The notes: generated from the sequence alone by a model not told the origin. Shown: positions 38,172 to 48,623, counted from the stretch's first letter. The stretch: 64,000 nt of DNA from an uncultured Bacilli bacterium (GCA_934096605.1 CAKOMI010000001.1:11776-75775), one strand, 5' to 3'. Numbers and translations: made by a program.

Positions 38172-38507
38172 ATGAAACATGAAATGAAATTAAACAATGG
38201 ATCATTTGAACGAATAAAAAATGGAACAAAGACTATAGAATTAAGATTAAATGATGAAAAAAGACAATTGCTAAAAATTAAGGATTTAATAGAATTTACT
38301 AATAGAACTAACAGCGAAAAAATGTTAGTTGAAATCGCAAACTTATATCATTATCCATCATTCGAAGAATTATATAAACATTTTGATAAGGTAGCAATGG
38401 GATATGATGAAGATGATATAGCTGATCCGAAAGATATGGAAGAATATTATTTGCCAGAAGAACAATCTAAATATGGTGTACTAGGTATTAAAATTAAAAA
38501 AATGTAA
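38172..38507 (+). CDS. ASCH domain protein
   Basis: It is 111 aa. The PUA-like ASCH pattern includes the sequence SFERIKNGTKTIELRL. Confidence 0.55.
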   Translation: MKHEMKLNNGSFERIKNGTKTIELRLNDEKRQLLKIKDLIEFTNRTNSEKMLVEIANLYHYPSFEELYKHFDKVAMGYDEDDIADPKDMEEYYLPEEQSKYGVLGIKIKKM

Positions 38508-38666
38508 TTTTATTATTAAAATATGCCAAGTTGGGTGTAGGCAAAAATATAATAAGAAATTAAAAAAGGCTTAGTAAAATAAGGGAAAACTAAGTCTTTT
38601 CGTTTTATTAAAAACAATGATTTTATATTCTGGAGCCACTTGTAGAGTCATATTAACAAAAAAGAG

Positions 38667-38855
38667 CTAGTGTTCCACAGTGCTTCTAGCTCGATTGATC
38701 ATATTAATTACTTCAGAAGATGTTATATTAAATAAGTGAAAATAAGTGTTTAATGTTTCACTTGAATTAGAATGCCCAAGATATTTAGAAACCATAGTAT
38801 CAGGAGCTTCATTATTAAATAAGAAAGAAGCACAGCTATGTCTAAAATCACTATG
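38667..38855 (-). pseudogene. tyrosine recombinase/phage integrase C-terminal remnant (62 codons)
   Basis: The minus-strand frame encodes HSDFRHSCASFLFNNEAPDTMVSKYLGHSNSSETLNTYFHLF. This matches the integrase R-H...LGH...Y catalytic tail. It has no start and lies immediately after the stop of the CYTH gene. Confidence 0.6.
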
Positions 38856-38858
38856 TTA

Positions 38859-39428
38859 CTAAATACAGTTATTTTTTTCCATTACAAGTTGTGGATATCC
38901 TGCAAATATTTGATTTCCAACTTTAATGCCTAATTCTTCTATAGTATCCATAATATATTTCATACTCTCATCTTCGTTATCATATAAATTTGTTTTGAAT
39001 TCTAATTCTATGAAGTCTCCTAAGTTTTCTATGGAATCAATTGATATAATAATATTATTATATTCAAATGAATTTCTTGTTTTTTCAACAACTATTATTT
39101 GCTTAAAATCTAAGGCATTTAACATTTCAAGCATTCCGTTATAGTCATCAATTCCAACTTCAATTTCTTTACAGGAAATTTTATTATTACCATCATGATT
39201 ACCCCAGTTTTTGTAATTAATGGTTTTTTCTTCCTTTGTATCTCTTACTCTAAGCCATTCTGAAATAGGTTTTTTTTCAAGGAAATTTTCGTGTGCTGGT
39301 GTATAGTATATATCTTTTTGATAATTGTTTTCTTCGGTTGTTTGACCTAATTTTTTTAATTTTGATAATGTTTCTTTTTTATTATACAAAGGAAATTTTG
39401 CTTCAATTTCAATTCTTTTTCTTTCCAT
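38859..39428 (-). CDS. CYTH domain protein (CyaB-like class IV adenylyl cyclase/triphosphatase family)
   Basis: It begins M-E-R-K-R-IEIEAKF, the typical EIEXKF start of CYTH. Length is 189 aa. Confidence 0.6.
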   Translation of the reverse strand: MERKRIEIEAKFPLYNKKETLSKLKKLGQTTEENNYQKDIYYTPAHENFLEKKPISEWLRVRDTKEEKTINYKNWGNHDGNNKISCKEIEVGIDDYNGMLEMLNALDFKQIIVVEKTRNSFEYNNIIISIDSIENLGDFIELEFKTNLYDNEDESMKYIMDTIEELGIKVGNQIFAGYPQLVMEKNNCI

Positions 39429-39559
39429 CTCATACCTCCATAAGAATTATATAATATATTAATTTTTTATGTCAATTAACTAATTTAGTTGATTTTCTAA
39501 ATTTCTTGTATTATTCATACAATGTGTTATAATAATTGATACAAGGAAAGAGGAAAATT

Positions 39560-40144
39560 ATGGCTTTAATGGAAAAAAATAAGTATTATAAAATGAGTTT
39601 GTGTTTAATTCCTGATGATGAGGTAGCAATACAAGGCGATAAGTTTCATAAATATTATTCATCTGTTGATGGCATTTTTACACCAAATGAAAAGTTTTTT
39701 GTGCAAGATAGTATTATTGTTAAAAGAGAAGGGGCTAAGCATCATGTTACTGCAGTAGGAACGGATATTGATATTCCGTGTGTTATTTTAGAGATTGAAA
39801 ATGTTTTGAATAGAAATGAATATGATAGTAATGCTAATATCGTTAAGTATTCATCTTTAGTTGAGGGTAAAACAGATAGAATGCTAGTTGCTTTTGCTGT
39901 TAGTAAAATAGGAGATGTGCCATTGATGGAACATGAAGAAGAATTTATTCTTAGAGAAGCTAGTGAAGAAGAGGTAGATAATCAAATTAAAAGTGTTCTT
40001 TATTATAATTTTGGGGAAGAATTGCAAACATTAATTGATGGCTCTAGAGCTAAAGAGGTTAGAGCTTTAAGAACTTATAAAAATAATTTGAAAAATGAGA
40101 AAAGAAATAGAATGACAAGAACAATTAAAAAAATCTTGCCTTAA
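39560..40144 (+). CDS. hypothetical protein
   Basis: An ATG at 39560 follows an AGGAAAGAGGAAA RBS. The product has no recognised motifs and a basic C-terminus. Confidence 0.4.
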   Translation: MALMEKNKYYKMSLCLIPDDEVAIQGDKFHKYYSSVDGIFTPNEKFFVQDSIIVKREGAKHHVTAVGTDIDIPCVILEIENVLNRNEYDSNANIVKYSSLVEGKTDRMLVAFAVSKIGDVPLMEHEEEFILREASEEEVDNQIKSVLYYNFGEELQTLIDGSRAKEVRALRTYKNNLKNEKRNRMTRTIKKILP

Positions 40145-40149
40145 TAATA

Positions 40150-40306
40150 AATTTTTTGATACAATGATTATGTTGATGATGATGCTGCCTTACAACCAGT
40201 GGAGTCAAAGCGTAAGATATACGTTACATTCAAAATAAAGATAGTTAGATTCTATGAATTAGGGTGGTACCACGGCATATTCGTCCCTACTGATGGAATC
40301 TTTTTT
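40150..40306 (+). promoter_or_regulatory. T-box riboswitch leader (probable Tyr specifier) for the aminopeptidase-tyrS operon
   Basis: It contains the canonical T-box AATTAGGGTGGTACCACGG at 40256-40274. A terminator with a T7 run lies immediately before the RBS. Confidence 0.75.
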
Positions 40307-40318
40307 TGTTAGGAGGAA

Positions 40319-41518
40319 ATGATGGATAATTTAAAAAGAAAATATGCTCGCTTTTTACTAGAATATTGTTTACAATTAAAAAATGATGATAAAGTATTTA
40401 TTATTGGTTCTAAAGAGATTATAGATTTTATTGATATTTTAATAGATGAAGCAAGTAATATGCATTTAATCGTAAAAACTTATATTAATGATTATCAAAG
40501 GCAAAGAGAACTATTAATGAGTAAAGATTATGAGTATTTAATTAAAGATGAAAATTTTGATAAAACAATTTATAATGAATTAGCAAAATCTGGTTATGCT
40601 TTTTTAAGTCTTTCTTCGCCAATGCCTGATTATTTTTCTGGGATTGATGATGCCTTATTAAGTTGTGTTAATGCGTATCAACAAAGCAGTATTAGTTTGT
40701 ACAGGCGTATGCAACTTGATGGTTCTTTAAAGTGGAATATTAGTGCGGTTCCAAATCCTTATTGGGCAAAAAGTCTTAATATTACAGTAGATGAGTTATG
40801 GAATATGCTATTTTCTATATGTGGCATAACAAGAGAAAGTGATTCAGCATCTATCTGGAATGATAAATTGAAAAAACTTAATCAAAGAAAAGATTACTTA
40901 AATAGTTTAGATATTTCACACTTACATTATACGAATAGTTTAGGAACTGATTTATTCATATATTTACCAGAAGATTATTTGTTTTGTGCAGCTGATGAAG
41001 GCAATTTAGTTAACTTGCCAACTGAAGAGGTTTTTTCAAGTCCACTTGCTTTTTTAACAAAGGGAATTGTGTATGCTTCTAAGCCGCTTATTTATAACGG
41101 GATTACGATTAGTGATTTTTATTTAGAGTTTTCTGAAGGCCAAGTTATTAATTACGGGGCAAAAGAAGGACTTGCTACTTTAAAAGGTATTTTAGATACT
41201 GATGAAGGTAGTAAATATTTAGGTGAGGTAGCCTTAGTTGATAATACGTCTTCTATTGCTAAAATGAACTTTTTATTTAAGAATACTCTTCTAGATGAAA
41301 ACTCAAGTTGCCACTTAGCTTTAGGGGATGGATTCATGGAATGCCGTAAAAATGGGTATTCTATGAGTGAAGAAGAATTACATAAAAGTGTTAATCATTC
41401 TATAAATCATGTTGACTTTTTTATCGGGACTAATGATTTAAATATTACAGCAACCTTAAGAAATAAAAAAGAAATTGTTATAATGGAAAATGGATTATTT
41501 AAAGGAGAGATGAGATAA
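40319..41518 (+). CDS. aminopeptidase of the M29 family (AmpS/PepS-like)
   Basis: Conserved M29 blocks are present: LPTEEVFSSP, LDTDEGSKYLGEVALV, LLDENSSCHLALG and VNHVDFFIG. Confidence 0.7.
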   Translation: MMDNLKRKYARFLLEYCLQLKNDDKVFIIGSKEIIDFIDILIDEASNMHLIVKTYINDYQRQRELLMSKDYEYLIKDENFDKTIYNELAKSGYAFLSLSSPMPDYFSGIDDALLSCVNAYQQSSISLYRRMQLDGSLKWNISAVPNPYWAKSLNITVDELWNMLFSICGITRESDSASIWNDKLKKLNQRKDYLNSLDISHLHYTNSLGTDLFIYLPEDYLFCAADEGNLVNLPTEEVFSSPLAFLTKGIVYASKPLIYNGITISDFYLEFSEGQVINYGAKEGLATLKGILDTDEGSKYLGEVALVDNTSSIAKMNFLFKNTLLDENSSCHLALGDGFMECRKNGYSMSEEELHKSVNHSINHVDFFIGTNDLNITATLRNKKEIVIMENGLFKGEMR

Positions 41519-42735
41519 TGACAAATTTTGAAGAATTACAAAAAAGAGGTTTAATTAAAGATGTAGCAGGTGAAGGCATTGAAGAACTTATTAATAAAGG
41601 TGGAGTTACATTTTACTGGGGAACAGATCCAACGGCTGATTCCTTGCACCTAGGCCATTATAGTTCTTTAGTAACGGCTAAAAGATTAATGAAAATGGGC
41701 CATCACCCAATTTTACTTTGTGGGGGCGCAACGGGAAGAATAGGCGACCCTAGACCTACTAGTGAAAGAGAAATTATTGATATAGATGTTTTAAATCATA
41801 ATATTGAATGTATTAGAAAACAAATTGATGAAATATTTGATGGTTCGGCTCGTCTTGTAAATAACTATGAATGGTTTAAAGACTACAACTACTTAGATTT
41901 CTTAAGAGATATTGGTAAATATATTAATGTTAACTATATGTTAAGTAAAGATATTATTAATAGAAGACTAGAAACAGGTATTACTTATGCTGAATTTAGT
42001 TATATGTTAATTCAAGGGTATGACTTTTTACATATGTATCAAGATTTAGGCTGTACTATGCAAGTTGAAGGAAGTGATCAGTGGGGTAATATTACGACTG
42101 GTATTGAACTAATTAGAAAAATATTAGGCCGTGAAGCTTATGGATTTACGATGCCATTAATACTTGATAGCAATGGCAAAAAATTTGGTAAAAGTGAAGG
42201 CAATGCGTTATGGCTTGATAAAAATAAAACTAGTAGTTATGAATTATACCAATACTTAATTAATACTGATGATAGTAAAGTAGAAGAATATCTAAAAGTG
42301 TTTACTTTCCTAAGCTTAGATGAAATAGATGCCATTATGGCTCGTCATAAAGAGACCCCAGAACAAAGGATGGCTCAAAAAGAACTGGCTAAACAAATTA
42401 TTACTGATTTAAGAGGAGAAAGCGAATTTCTACATGCTAAAGAAGTAAGTGAATCCTTATTTACGGGTAACATAAAAAACTTAACAGATAATGAGATTAA
42501 AGAAGTCTTTAAAGGCGTGCCTACTATCACTTATGAAGATAAAGATTTAATTGACATTTTAGTTAGTGGTGGTATTACTGCATCTAAAAGAGAAGCAAGA
42601 GAGTTTTTATCTAGTGGCGCAATACTTGTAAATGGCCTTGTTGTTCATGAAGAAAATTATCATTTAGAAAATAAAACATATAATATTATTCGTCGTGGGA
42701 AAAAGAAATATTATTTAGTAGTAAAAGAGGGATAA
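41518..42735 (+). CDS. tyrS: tyrosyl-tRNA synthetase
   Basis: It has the HIGH-type motif (SLHLGHY), KFGKSEG (the KMSKS motif) and a C-terminal S4 domain. Length is 405 aa. Confidence 0.9.
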   Translation: MTNFEELQKRGLIKDVAGEGIEELINKGGVTFYWGTDPTADSLHLGHYSSLVTAKRLMKMGHHPILLCGGATGRIGDPRPTSEREIIDIDVLNHNIECIRKQIDEIFDGSARLVNNYEWFKDYNYLDFLRDIGKYINVNYMLSKDIINRRLETGITYAEFSYMLIQGYDFLHMYQDLGCTMQVEGSDQWGNITTGIELIRKILGREAYGFTMPLILDSNGKKFGKSEGNALWLDKNKTSSYELYQYLINTDDSKVEEYLKVFTFLSLDEIDAIMARHKETPEQRMAQKELAKQIITDLRGESEFLHAKEVSESLFTGNIKNLTDNEIKEVFKGVPTITYEDKDLIDILVSGGITASKREAREFLSSGAILVNGLVVHEENYHLENKTYNIIRRGKKKYYLVVKEG

Positions 42736-42736
42736 T

Positions 42737-43330
42737 ATGTTAGAAACTGTATTAGTAAGTATTAAAAAGAGCGTTTGGGAGTCGTTTATTGCAAGTTTAC
42801 TTTTAATAGTTTTTGCTTTAGTTCTTTTATATAATCCAGAGAACTTTTTAGAATCTTCTATTACTATGTTTGGTTATATTGGTTTCTTTTTAGGAATTAT
42901 GGATATGCTAATTTATTTTAAGACGCCAGAAGAAAAAAGAATATATAAAAACAATTTACAAGCCGGTTTAATATTAATAAGTGCGAGTGTTATAGCTTTC
43001 TTTAAAACAAGTGTAATTAAAGAGTTTATTGCCTTTATTTTAGGAGGCTACTTAATTTACCGAGGTAGTATAAGAGCAAATATTGGTTTTAATTTAAAGG
43101 AATATCATAATAAAACATGGATAGTAATTTTTATACTTGCTTTAATTAATATGGTACTTGGTGTTGTAATGATTTTAAACCCTTTTGCTAGTTTAATAAA
43201 AATAAATGAACTAATGGCTATTTTAATTATTGTTAATGAGACAATCTATATAATAGAAAATATTGTAATATTAATAATTTTAAAAAAGATAAATAAGTTG
43301 ACAGTGAGTGAAAAAGAAATTCAAGAATAA
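42737..43330 (+). CDS. hypothetical polytopic membrane protein
   Basis: It is 197 aa with 5-6 TM helices. Confidence 0.4.
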   Translation: MLETVLVSIKKSVWESFIASLLLIVFALVLLYNPENFLESSITMFGYIGFFLGIMDMLIYFKTPEEKRIYKNNLQAGLILISASVIAFFKTSVIKEFIAFILGGYLIYRGSIRANIGFNLKEYHNKTWIVIFILALINMVLGVVMILNPFASLIKINELMAILIIVNETIYIIENIVILIILKKINKLTVSEKEIQE

Positions 43331-43372
43331 GAAAAAATTATAGTATAATAGTTATATAAGGATGTTGATAGA

Positions 43373-44449
43373 ATGAATATTATTATTTCAGCTGGGGGAA
43401 CAATGGGACACATAAATCCAGCGTTAGCTATTATTGATGAATTTAAAAAAAGAGAAAAGAATTTAAATGTCTTATATATTGGTACACATAATAGAATGGA
43501 AAAAGATATTGTTCCAAAGAAGAATATTAAGTATGAAGAAATTGAAATATATGGTTTAAGTAAGGATATAAAAAGAGATATTAAAAATATTTTTTGTATA
43601 AGAGAATCTTATCATAAGTGTTTGAAAATTATGAGAGATTTTAAACCAGATGTTGTAATAGGTGTTGGTGGATACGTTACTTATCCAGTTTTGAAAGCAG
43701 CCCATAAACTTCATGTTAAAACAGTCATTCATGAACAAAATAGTATACCTGGTAAAAGTAATATGTTTATTAGTAAATATGCAGATTTAGTTTTACTTAC
43801 TTTTGATTCTTCTAAAAAATATTTTAAAAACAATAAAAGAGTTATTACTTCTGGTAACCCTTGTGCTTCTAATGCTCTAACATCTTTACGGATAAAAAAA
43901 GAGAGCCTAGGATTTAACAAGGATTTACCACTTCTTGTAATCGTGGCTGGTTCTTTAGGGAGTACGTCTTTGAACAATAAATTTAAAGAATTTTTTAAAC
44001 AAGAAAAAATTGAAAATTATCAAGTTTGTTTTATAACTGGTAAGAGTTATTATGATGAGTTTATTCAGGATTGTAAGCAAATAGAAAATGTAAAAGTATT
44101 TCCTTTTATGGATAATTTACCTGGTTTGTTAAAGGATAGTCAAGCTGTAATATCAAGAGCTGGAGCGGGTAGTTTAACAGAAATTATGGCTATTCATGTA
44201 CCATCTATCATTGTACCTAGTCCATATGTTGCTAATAATCATCAATACTATAATGCTTTAGAATTAAAAGAAAAAAATTGTATTTTGTTATTAGAAGAAA
44301 AAGATGTTAATAATGATAGTTTAAAGAAAATGATTAATTTAGTATTATTTGATAAGAAAAAAAGAGAAGAATTAGAAAGCAATATGAATCTTTTAAAGAC
44401 TAGCGATAGTGCTAATATTATATATAAGGAAATTAAAAAGATATTGTAA
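43373..44449 (+). CDS. murG: UDP-N-acetylglucosamine--N-acetylmuramyl-(pentapeptide) pyrophosphoryl-undecaprenol N-acetylglucosamine transferase
   Basis: It has an N-terminal GGTMGHINPAL motif. Length is 358 aa. It is followed by ftsQ/divIB. Confidence 0.9.
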   Translation: MNIIISAGGTMGHINPALAIIDEFKKREKNLNVLYIGTHNRMEKDIVPKKNIKYEEIEIYGLSKDIKRDIKNIFCIRESYHKCLKIMRDFKPDVVIGVGGYVTYPVLKAAHKLHVKTVIHEQNSIPGKSNMFISKYADLVLLTFDSSKKYFKNNKRVITSGNPCASNALTSLRIKKESLGFNKDLPLLVIVAGSLGSTSLNNKFKEFFKQEKIENYQVCFITGKSYYDEFIQDCKQIENVKVFPFMDNLPGLLKDSQAVISRAGAGSLTEIMAIHVPSIIVPSPYVANNHQYYNALELKEKNCILLLEEKDVNNDSLKKMINLVLFDKKKREELESNMNLLKTSDSANIIYKEIKKIL

Positions 44450-44468
44450 GAGAAATTAAGGGGCTATT

Positions 44469-45176
44469 ATGATAAGAAAAAAGAAAGTGATAAAAAGAAG
44501 GTTTAAATGGAAAACATTTTTTAAGTTTTTAATCTTTTTAAGTGTTTGCTCTTTATTAGTTAGTGGTATTCTAAATATTCCAACAAAACAGATTATTATT
44601 ACAGGAAATGAAGTCGTAAGTGATAATGAGATTATTATGGCTAGTCAGTATCAATTTTATCCTAAGCTTTTTAGTAAAAGATATGATGATATAAAAAAAG
44701 ATATTTTAAATTTAGATTATGTTAGTAATGTAAAAATACATCGTAGTTTATTTGGGGTGTTAAAATTAGAAATAACAGAAGATAAACCTTTGTTTTATAA
44801 TAAAGCATCAGGAAAATTAGTTTTGATGAGTGGTAAGGAGATAGATTCTAGTAATTATAATGGTGTACCTATTTTAATTAATAATGTACCAGAGCCTTAC
44901 TATGAAAGGTTTATTAGTAAGTTATCACAAATAAAAAGAGATGTTTTAATGCTTATTAGTGAAATACAATATGATCCTTGGAAAAGTAATGATATTACAA
45001 TTGATGAAACACGATTTGTGCTTAGAATGAATGATGGTAATATTGTTTATGTAAATTTAATTCATATGGATAAGTTAGATAATTATATTGAAATATTTGC
45101 TTCATTAGAAAATCAGAAGGGAACATTATATTTAGATTCTTCAAGTGATAAGATATCGTTTAGTTTAAATAAGTAG
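44469..45176 (+). CDS. divIB: cell division protein FtsQ/DivIB
   Basis: It is a bitopic protein with a POTRA-like region. It follows murG, as in dcw clusters. Confidence 0.6.
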   Translation: MIRKKKVIKRRFKWKTFFKFLIFLSVCSLLVSGILNIPTKQIIITGNEVVSDNEIIMASQYQFYPKLFSKRYDDIKKDILNLDYVSNVKIHRSLFGVLKLEITEDKPLFYNKASGKLVLMSGKEIDSSNYNGVPILINNVPEPYYERFISKLSQIKRDVLMLISEIQYDPWKSNDITIDETRFVLRMNDGNIVYVNLIHMDKLDNYIEIFASLENQKGTLYLDSSSDKISFSLNK

Positions 45177-45187
45177 GAGGTGATAGT

Positions 45188-45652
45188 ATGTTATTAAGAA
45201 AAGCAAACTTGCAAGACGTTCATAATAACCTTGCTAATATTTTTATTGATGCTTTTAATTTACATTTGAGGTGTAGACCAGATATTTTTGGCAGTTCTAA
45301 AAGTGACGAAGAACTAAAAAATGAATTAATTAACATTATTGAAAACGATAATAACATTATCGTTTGTGAATATGATGGAATTGTGGTTGGCTATATAATG
45401 TATAAAATTAATGCGAAAAAAAGTAAGGTTTTGTGGATAGATCAACTTGCTGTAGATGAGGATCAAAGAGGTAAAGGAATAGCAAAATTACTAATTAATA
45501 AAGTAAGAAATTTAGCTAATGAAGAAAATTGCGATAGAGTTGAACTTTGTTGTTGGGACTTTAACGATAATGCGATGGAAATGTATAAACATTTAGGATT
45601 TAAAACTCAAAGAGTTATTTTTGAAGAATGGTGCAATAAAGACATCATATAA
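45188..45652 (+). CDS. GNAT family N-acetyltransferase
   Basis: It has the motif QLAVDEDQRGKGIAKLL. Confidence 0.7.
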   Translation: MLLRKANLQDVHNNLANIFIDAFNLHLRCRPDIFGSSKSDEELKNELINIIENDNNIIVCEYDGIVVGYIMYKINAKKSKVLWIDQLAVDEDQRGKGIAKLLINKVRNLANEENCDRVELCCWDFNDNAMEMYKHLGFKTQRVIFEEWCNKDII

Positions 45653-45776
45653 AGATATGGATGAAAATGATATATATAAATATACTTATTTCTTAACAAA
45701 AGAAATGCTTTTAGAAAGACTATTTGAATTAGAAAAAGATAATCAAAACAAATTAAAATAATTGTAGTTGAGATAG

Positions 45777-46199
45777 ATGGAATATAAATTATTAGAAGAA
45801 CAAGATTTAGAACTTATGCCAGATTTTATTGATGATGAAAATACTAAATATAGTATAGATGTCTTAAAAAAGTTTATGGATGAAAATAATAATTTTGGAT
45901 TTATTGCAAAAACAAATAATAAAGTGGTAGGGTTTGCTTTTGTGTCTATATATCTATACTAACACCAGGTATTCTATCTTGACGCCATTGATGTTATGTC
46001 AGAGTATCAAGGAAAAGGTTATGGAACAGGTTTAATATCATTTGCTCGTGATTATGCTAAAACTATTAACTGTTATAAAATGTATTTGATAACGAATAGA
46101 AGTAATGTATCTGCTTGTAAATGCTATGAAAAGGCAGGAGGCATAAATAAAGCAGATGATGAAATTATTTATGTTTATGATTTTAAGGAGAAAAAATAA
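45777..46199 (+). pseudogene. GNAT acetyltransferase interrupted by an in-frame TAA at 45960-45962
   Basis: The ORF-track ORFs 45777-45962 and 45996-46199 are in the same frame. The GNAT motif A (VMSEYQGKGYGTGL) lies downstream of the stop. Confidence 0.6.
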
Positions 46200-47095
46200 T
46201 GGATATAAAAAAGATTATAGAAGAAAAATGTAATATAAATATTGATAGTATAAAGTTAATAGGCGAAGGATATGACAGTAAAGCATACATTGTAAATAAT
46301 GAATATATTTTTAAAATAAAGTTTAGTGCTAATAAGAAAAAAGGATATGAAAAAGAAAAAGCAATATATGATTTTTTAAATAAAAAATTGAATACAACAA
46401 TAAATATTCCTAATATTGAATATTCGTATATAAGTGATGATATTTCTATATTAGGGTATAAAGAAATTAGAGGAACATTTTTAACACCAGAGATATATTT
46501 TTCTCTACCACAAGATAAACAAGAATTGTTAAAAAAAGATATTGCTATGTTTTTAAGACAAATGCACGATTTAGATTATAGTGAAATAAGTTCTTATACA
46601 ATAGATAACAAACAAAATGTTTTAGAAGAATATCAATTATTAAGAGATACTATTTATGATAGTCTAACTGATATTGAAAAGAAATATGCAGAAGATTTTA
46701 TGCAAAGATTACATAGTACAACAATATTTGATGGAAGAAAATGTTTATGCCATAATGATTTTAGTTGTAATCATTTATTACTTGATGATGATAATAAATT
46801 ATGTGGTGTAATTGATTTTGGAGATTCTGGAATTATAGATGAATATTGTGATTTTATATATTTACTAGAAGATAGTGAAGAAGAAATTGGTGTTTCTTTT
46901 GGAGAAGATATATTAAGATTATATGGAAATATAGATATTTCAAAAGCTAAAGAATATCAAGATGTTGTAGAACAATATTATCCAATAGAAACTATTGTAT
47001 ATGGAATTAAAAATAATAGACCTGATTTTATAGAAAAAGGCAGAAAAGAAATTTATATAAGAACTCATAAAGCTGAAAAATTAAGGAAGAGATGA
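46199..47095 (+). CDS. aminoglycoside/macrolide phosphotransferase (APH) family protein
   Basis: It has the catalytic loop [10 protein letters not shown] and the metal-binding DFGDSG, both typical of the APH/Mph kinase fold. Its ATG overlaps the upstream stop. Confidence 0.7.
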   Translation: MDIKKIIEEKCNINIDSIKLIGEGYDSKAYIVNNEYIFKIKFSANKKKGYEKEKAIYDFLNKKLNTTINIPNIEYSYISDDISILGYKEIRGTFLTPEIYFSLPQDKQELLKKDIAMFLRQMHDLDYSEISSYTIDNKQNVLEEYQLLRDTIYDSLTDIEKKYAEDFMQRLHSTTIFDGRKCLCHNDFSCNHLLLDDDNKLCGVIDFGDSGIIDEYCDFIYLLEDSEEEIGVSFGEDILRLYGNIDISKAKEYQDVVEQYYPIETIVYGIKNNRPDFIEKGRKEIYIRTHKAEKLRKR

Positions 47096-47096
47096 T

Positions 47097-47183
47097 ATGG
47101 GAAAAGTAATATTAGTTTGTGGAAAAATATGTAGTGGTAAAAGCTATTATTCAAAATATGTAAATAAAAAAAACAAAAATTAA
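47097..47183 (+). pseudogene. truncated P-loop kinase/NTPase fragment (28 codons)
   Basis: It encodes MGKVILVCGKICSGKSYYSKYVNKKNKN*. A Walker A motif is present and the frame ends in an A-rich tract. Confidence 0.45.
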
Positions 47184-47298
47184 ATATGTAAGTAATAAGT
47201 ATCTTAATGTAAAATAATATATTCTTAAAGAAAAAGTTTCTGACTTTTAAGTAGTGGTATAGAGATTTATCATTACTTTTTTTGACTTTGGGTAGTTT

Positions 47299-47982
47299 GT
47301 GTGTTATTCTAATAACAAGAAAGCGAGGGTTTACATTCTGAAAAAGTTAATTTTAGGTGTAGAGATAATATATAACGAAGAACGTTATAATGTTAGTAGT
47401 GATCGCAGTATTGATTTTACTGATTTAAAAAGTAAAAATCATTTTAGTTTTAGTTCGAATCATAAGTTTATTTATCAAGTTGCTAGTCATGAGTTTTTAG
47501 CACTTGAATATTATGAAGATACCTTATGGCTTAAACATTATTATGTTAGTAAAGGTGGTATGAAACTAATAGAAGGTTTCAAGGTAAGGGGGTGCCAGGT
47601 GTTAGACCGATATCATTTGGTGCTAAATGTTGATGATAGAATAACGGTTCTTTATTCAACTAAAGAAAGAAGCAAGTTTATTTATGCTAATTTGACAGGT
47701 GTTGAAAGACTTCTTAATGTTTTTGTAGGTAGGACACAAGTTTTAGATGATGAGGTAACAATTACCTTTAATAGTGCATTTAGACCAATAAGTCTTTATT
47801 CTACAACACTTAACCGAGAAATACCGGTTCTTACTTATGAAGAATATGAAAATATTTTTGGTAAGCGTAATGTTAGTGAGGAAGATTTATTTTTGTATAC
47901 AATTTATGAGTTACAACAAGAACTTATGAATAATAAAGAGATAAGTAAAAGGGTGAGAAAAGTAAAAGATGGAAAAAGTTAA
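47299..47982 (+). CDS. hypothetical protein
   Basis: It is a 227-aa ORF. The start is uncertain (GTG) and no motifs were recognised. Confidence 0.35.
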   Translation: MCYSNNKKARVYILKKLILGVEIIYNEERYNVSSDRSIDFTDLKSKNHFSFSSNHKFIYQVASHEFLALEYYEDTLWLKHYYVSKGGMKLIEGFKVRGCQVLDRYHLVLNVDDRITVLYSTKERSKFIYANLTGVERLLNVFVGRTQVLDDEVTITFNSAFRPISLYSTTLNREIPVLTYEEYENIFGKRNVSEEDLFLYTIYELQQELMNNKEISKRVRKVKDGKS

Positions 47983-48601
47983 TTATGATAAAAAAATGAT
48001 GGAGATTATTAATTCTTTTGGTGGGCAAAGGCCCACTTTACTTTTGCATACTTGTTGTGCACCTTGTTCAACCGCGGTTATTGAAAGATTAAGTGAGTAT
48101 TTTGATATAACAGTGTTTTACTATAATCCTAATATTGAGCCTTATGAAGAATATTTAAAAAGAAAAGAAGAACAAAAGAGATTACTTAGAGAATATAAAA
48201 GTATAAGACCTATTAAATTTTTGGATTGCGATTATGAAAATGAAGAGTTTTCTAAGTTCGCGTGTGACCTAGCAGAGTCTCATGAAGGCGGGAAAAGATG
48301 CATGTTATGCTTTCATTTAAGACTTGCCAAAACGGCTATGACTGCTAAGAAAAAACATTTTGATTATTTTGGCACTAGTTTAACAGTCAGTCCTTATAAA
48401 AGTGCTTATCATGTTAATAGTATTGGTCTTGCTTTAGAGAAAAAGCAAGGTGTTAAATATTTAGTTAGTGATTTTAAAAAACATGATGGGTATAAACGAA
48501 GTATTATTTTAGCAAAAGAATATCATTTATATAGACAGGATTATTGTGGTTGTAAGTATTCAAAAGAGGAAAGAGAGGAATATAAGAAAAGTAAAATTTA
48601 A
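47969..48601 (+). CDS. queH: epoxyqueuosine reductase QueH
   Basis: It has the LLLHTCCAPCS motif and the C-terminal DYCGCKYS of the DUF208/QueH family. Confidence 0.8.
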   Translation: MEKVNYDKKMMEIINSFGGQRPTLLLHTCCAPCSTAVIERLSEYFDITVFYYNPNIEPYEEYLKRKEEQKRLLREYKSIRPIKFLDCDYENEEFSKFACDLAESHEGGKRCMLCFHLRLAKTAMTAKKKHFDYFGTSLTVSPYKSAYHVNSIGLALEKKQGVKYLVSDFKKHDGYKRSIILAKEYHLYRQDYCGCKYSKEEREEYKKSKI

Positions 48602-48623
48602 CTGTATTTAGGGGGTATTTATT

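Noticed and set aside
47299-47982. A functional assignment for the 227-aa ORF downstream of the APH cluster
   Set aside because: No motif was recognised. The start codon is uncertain (GTG with a weak RBS). It is left as hypothetical.
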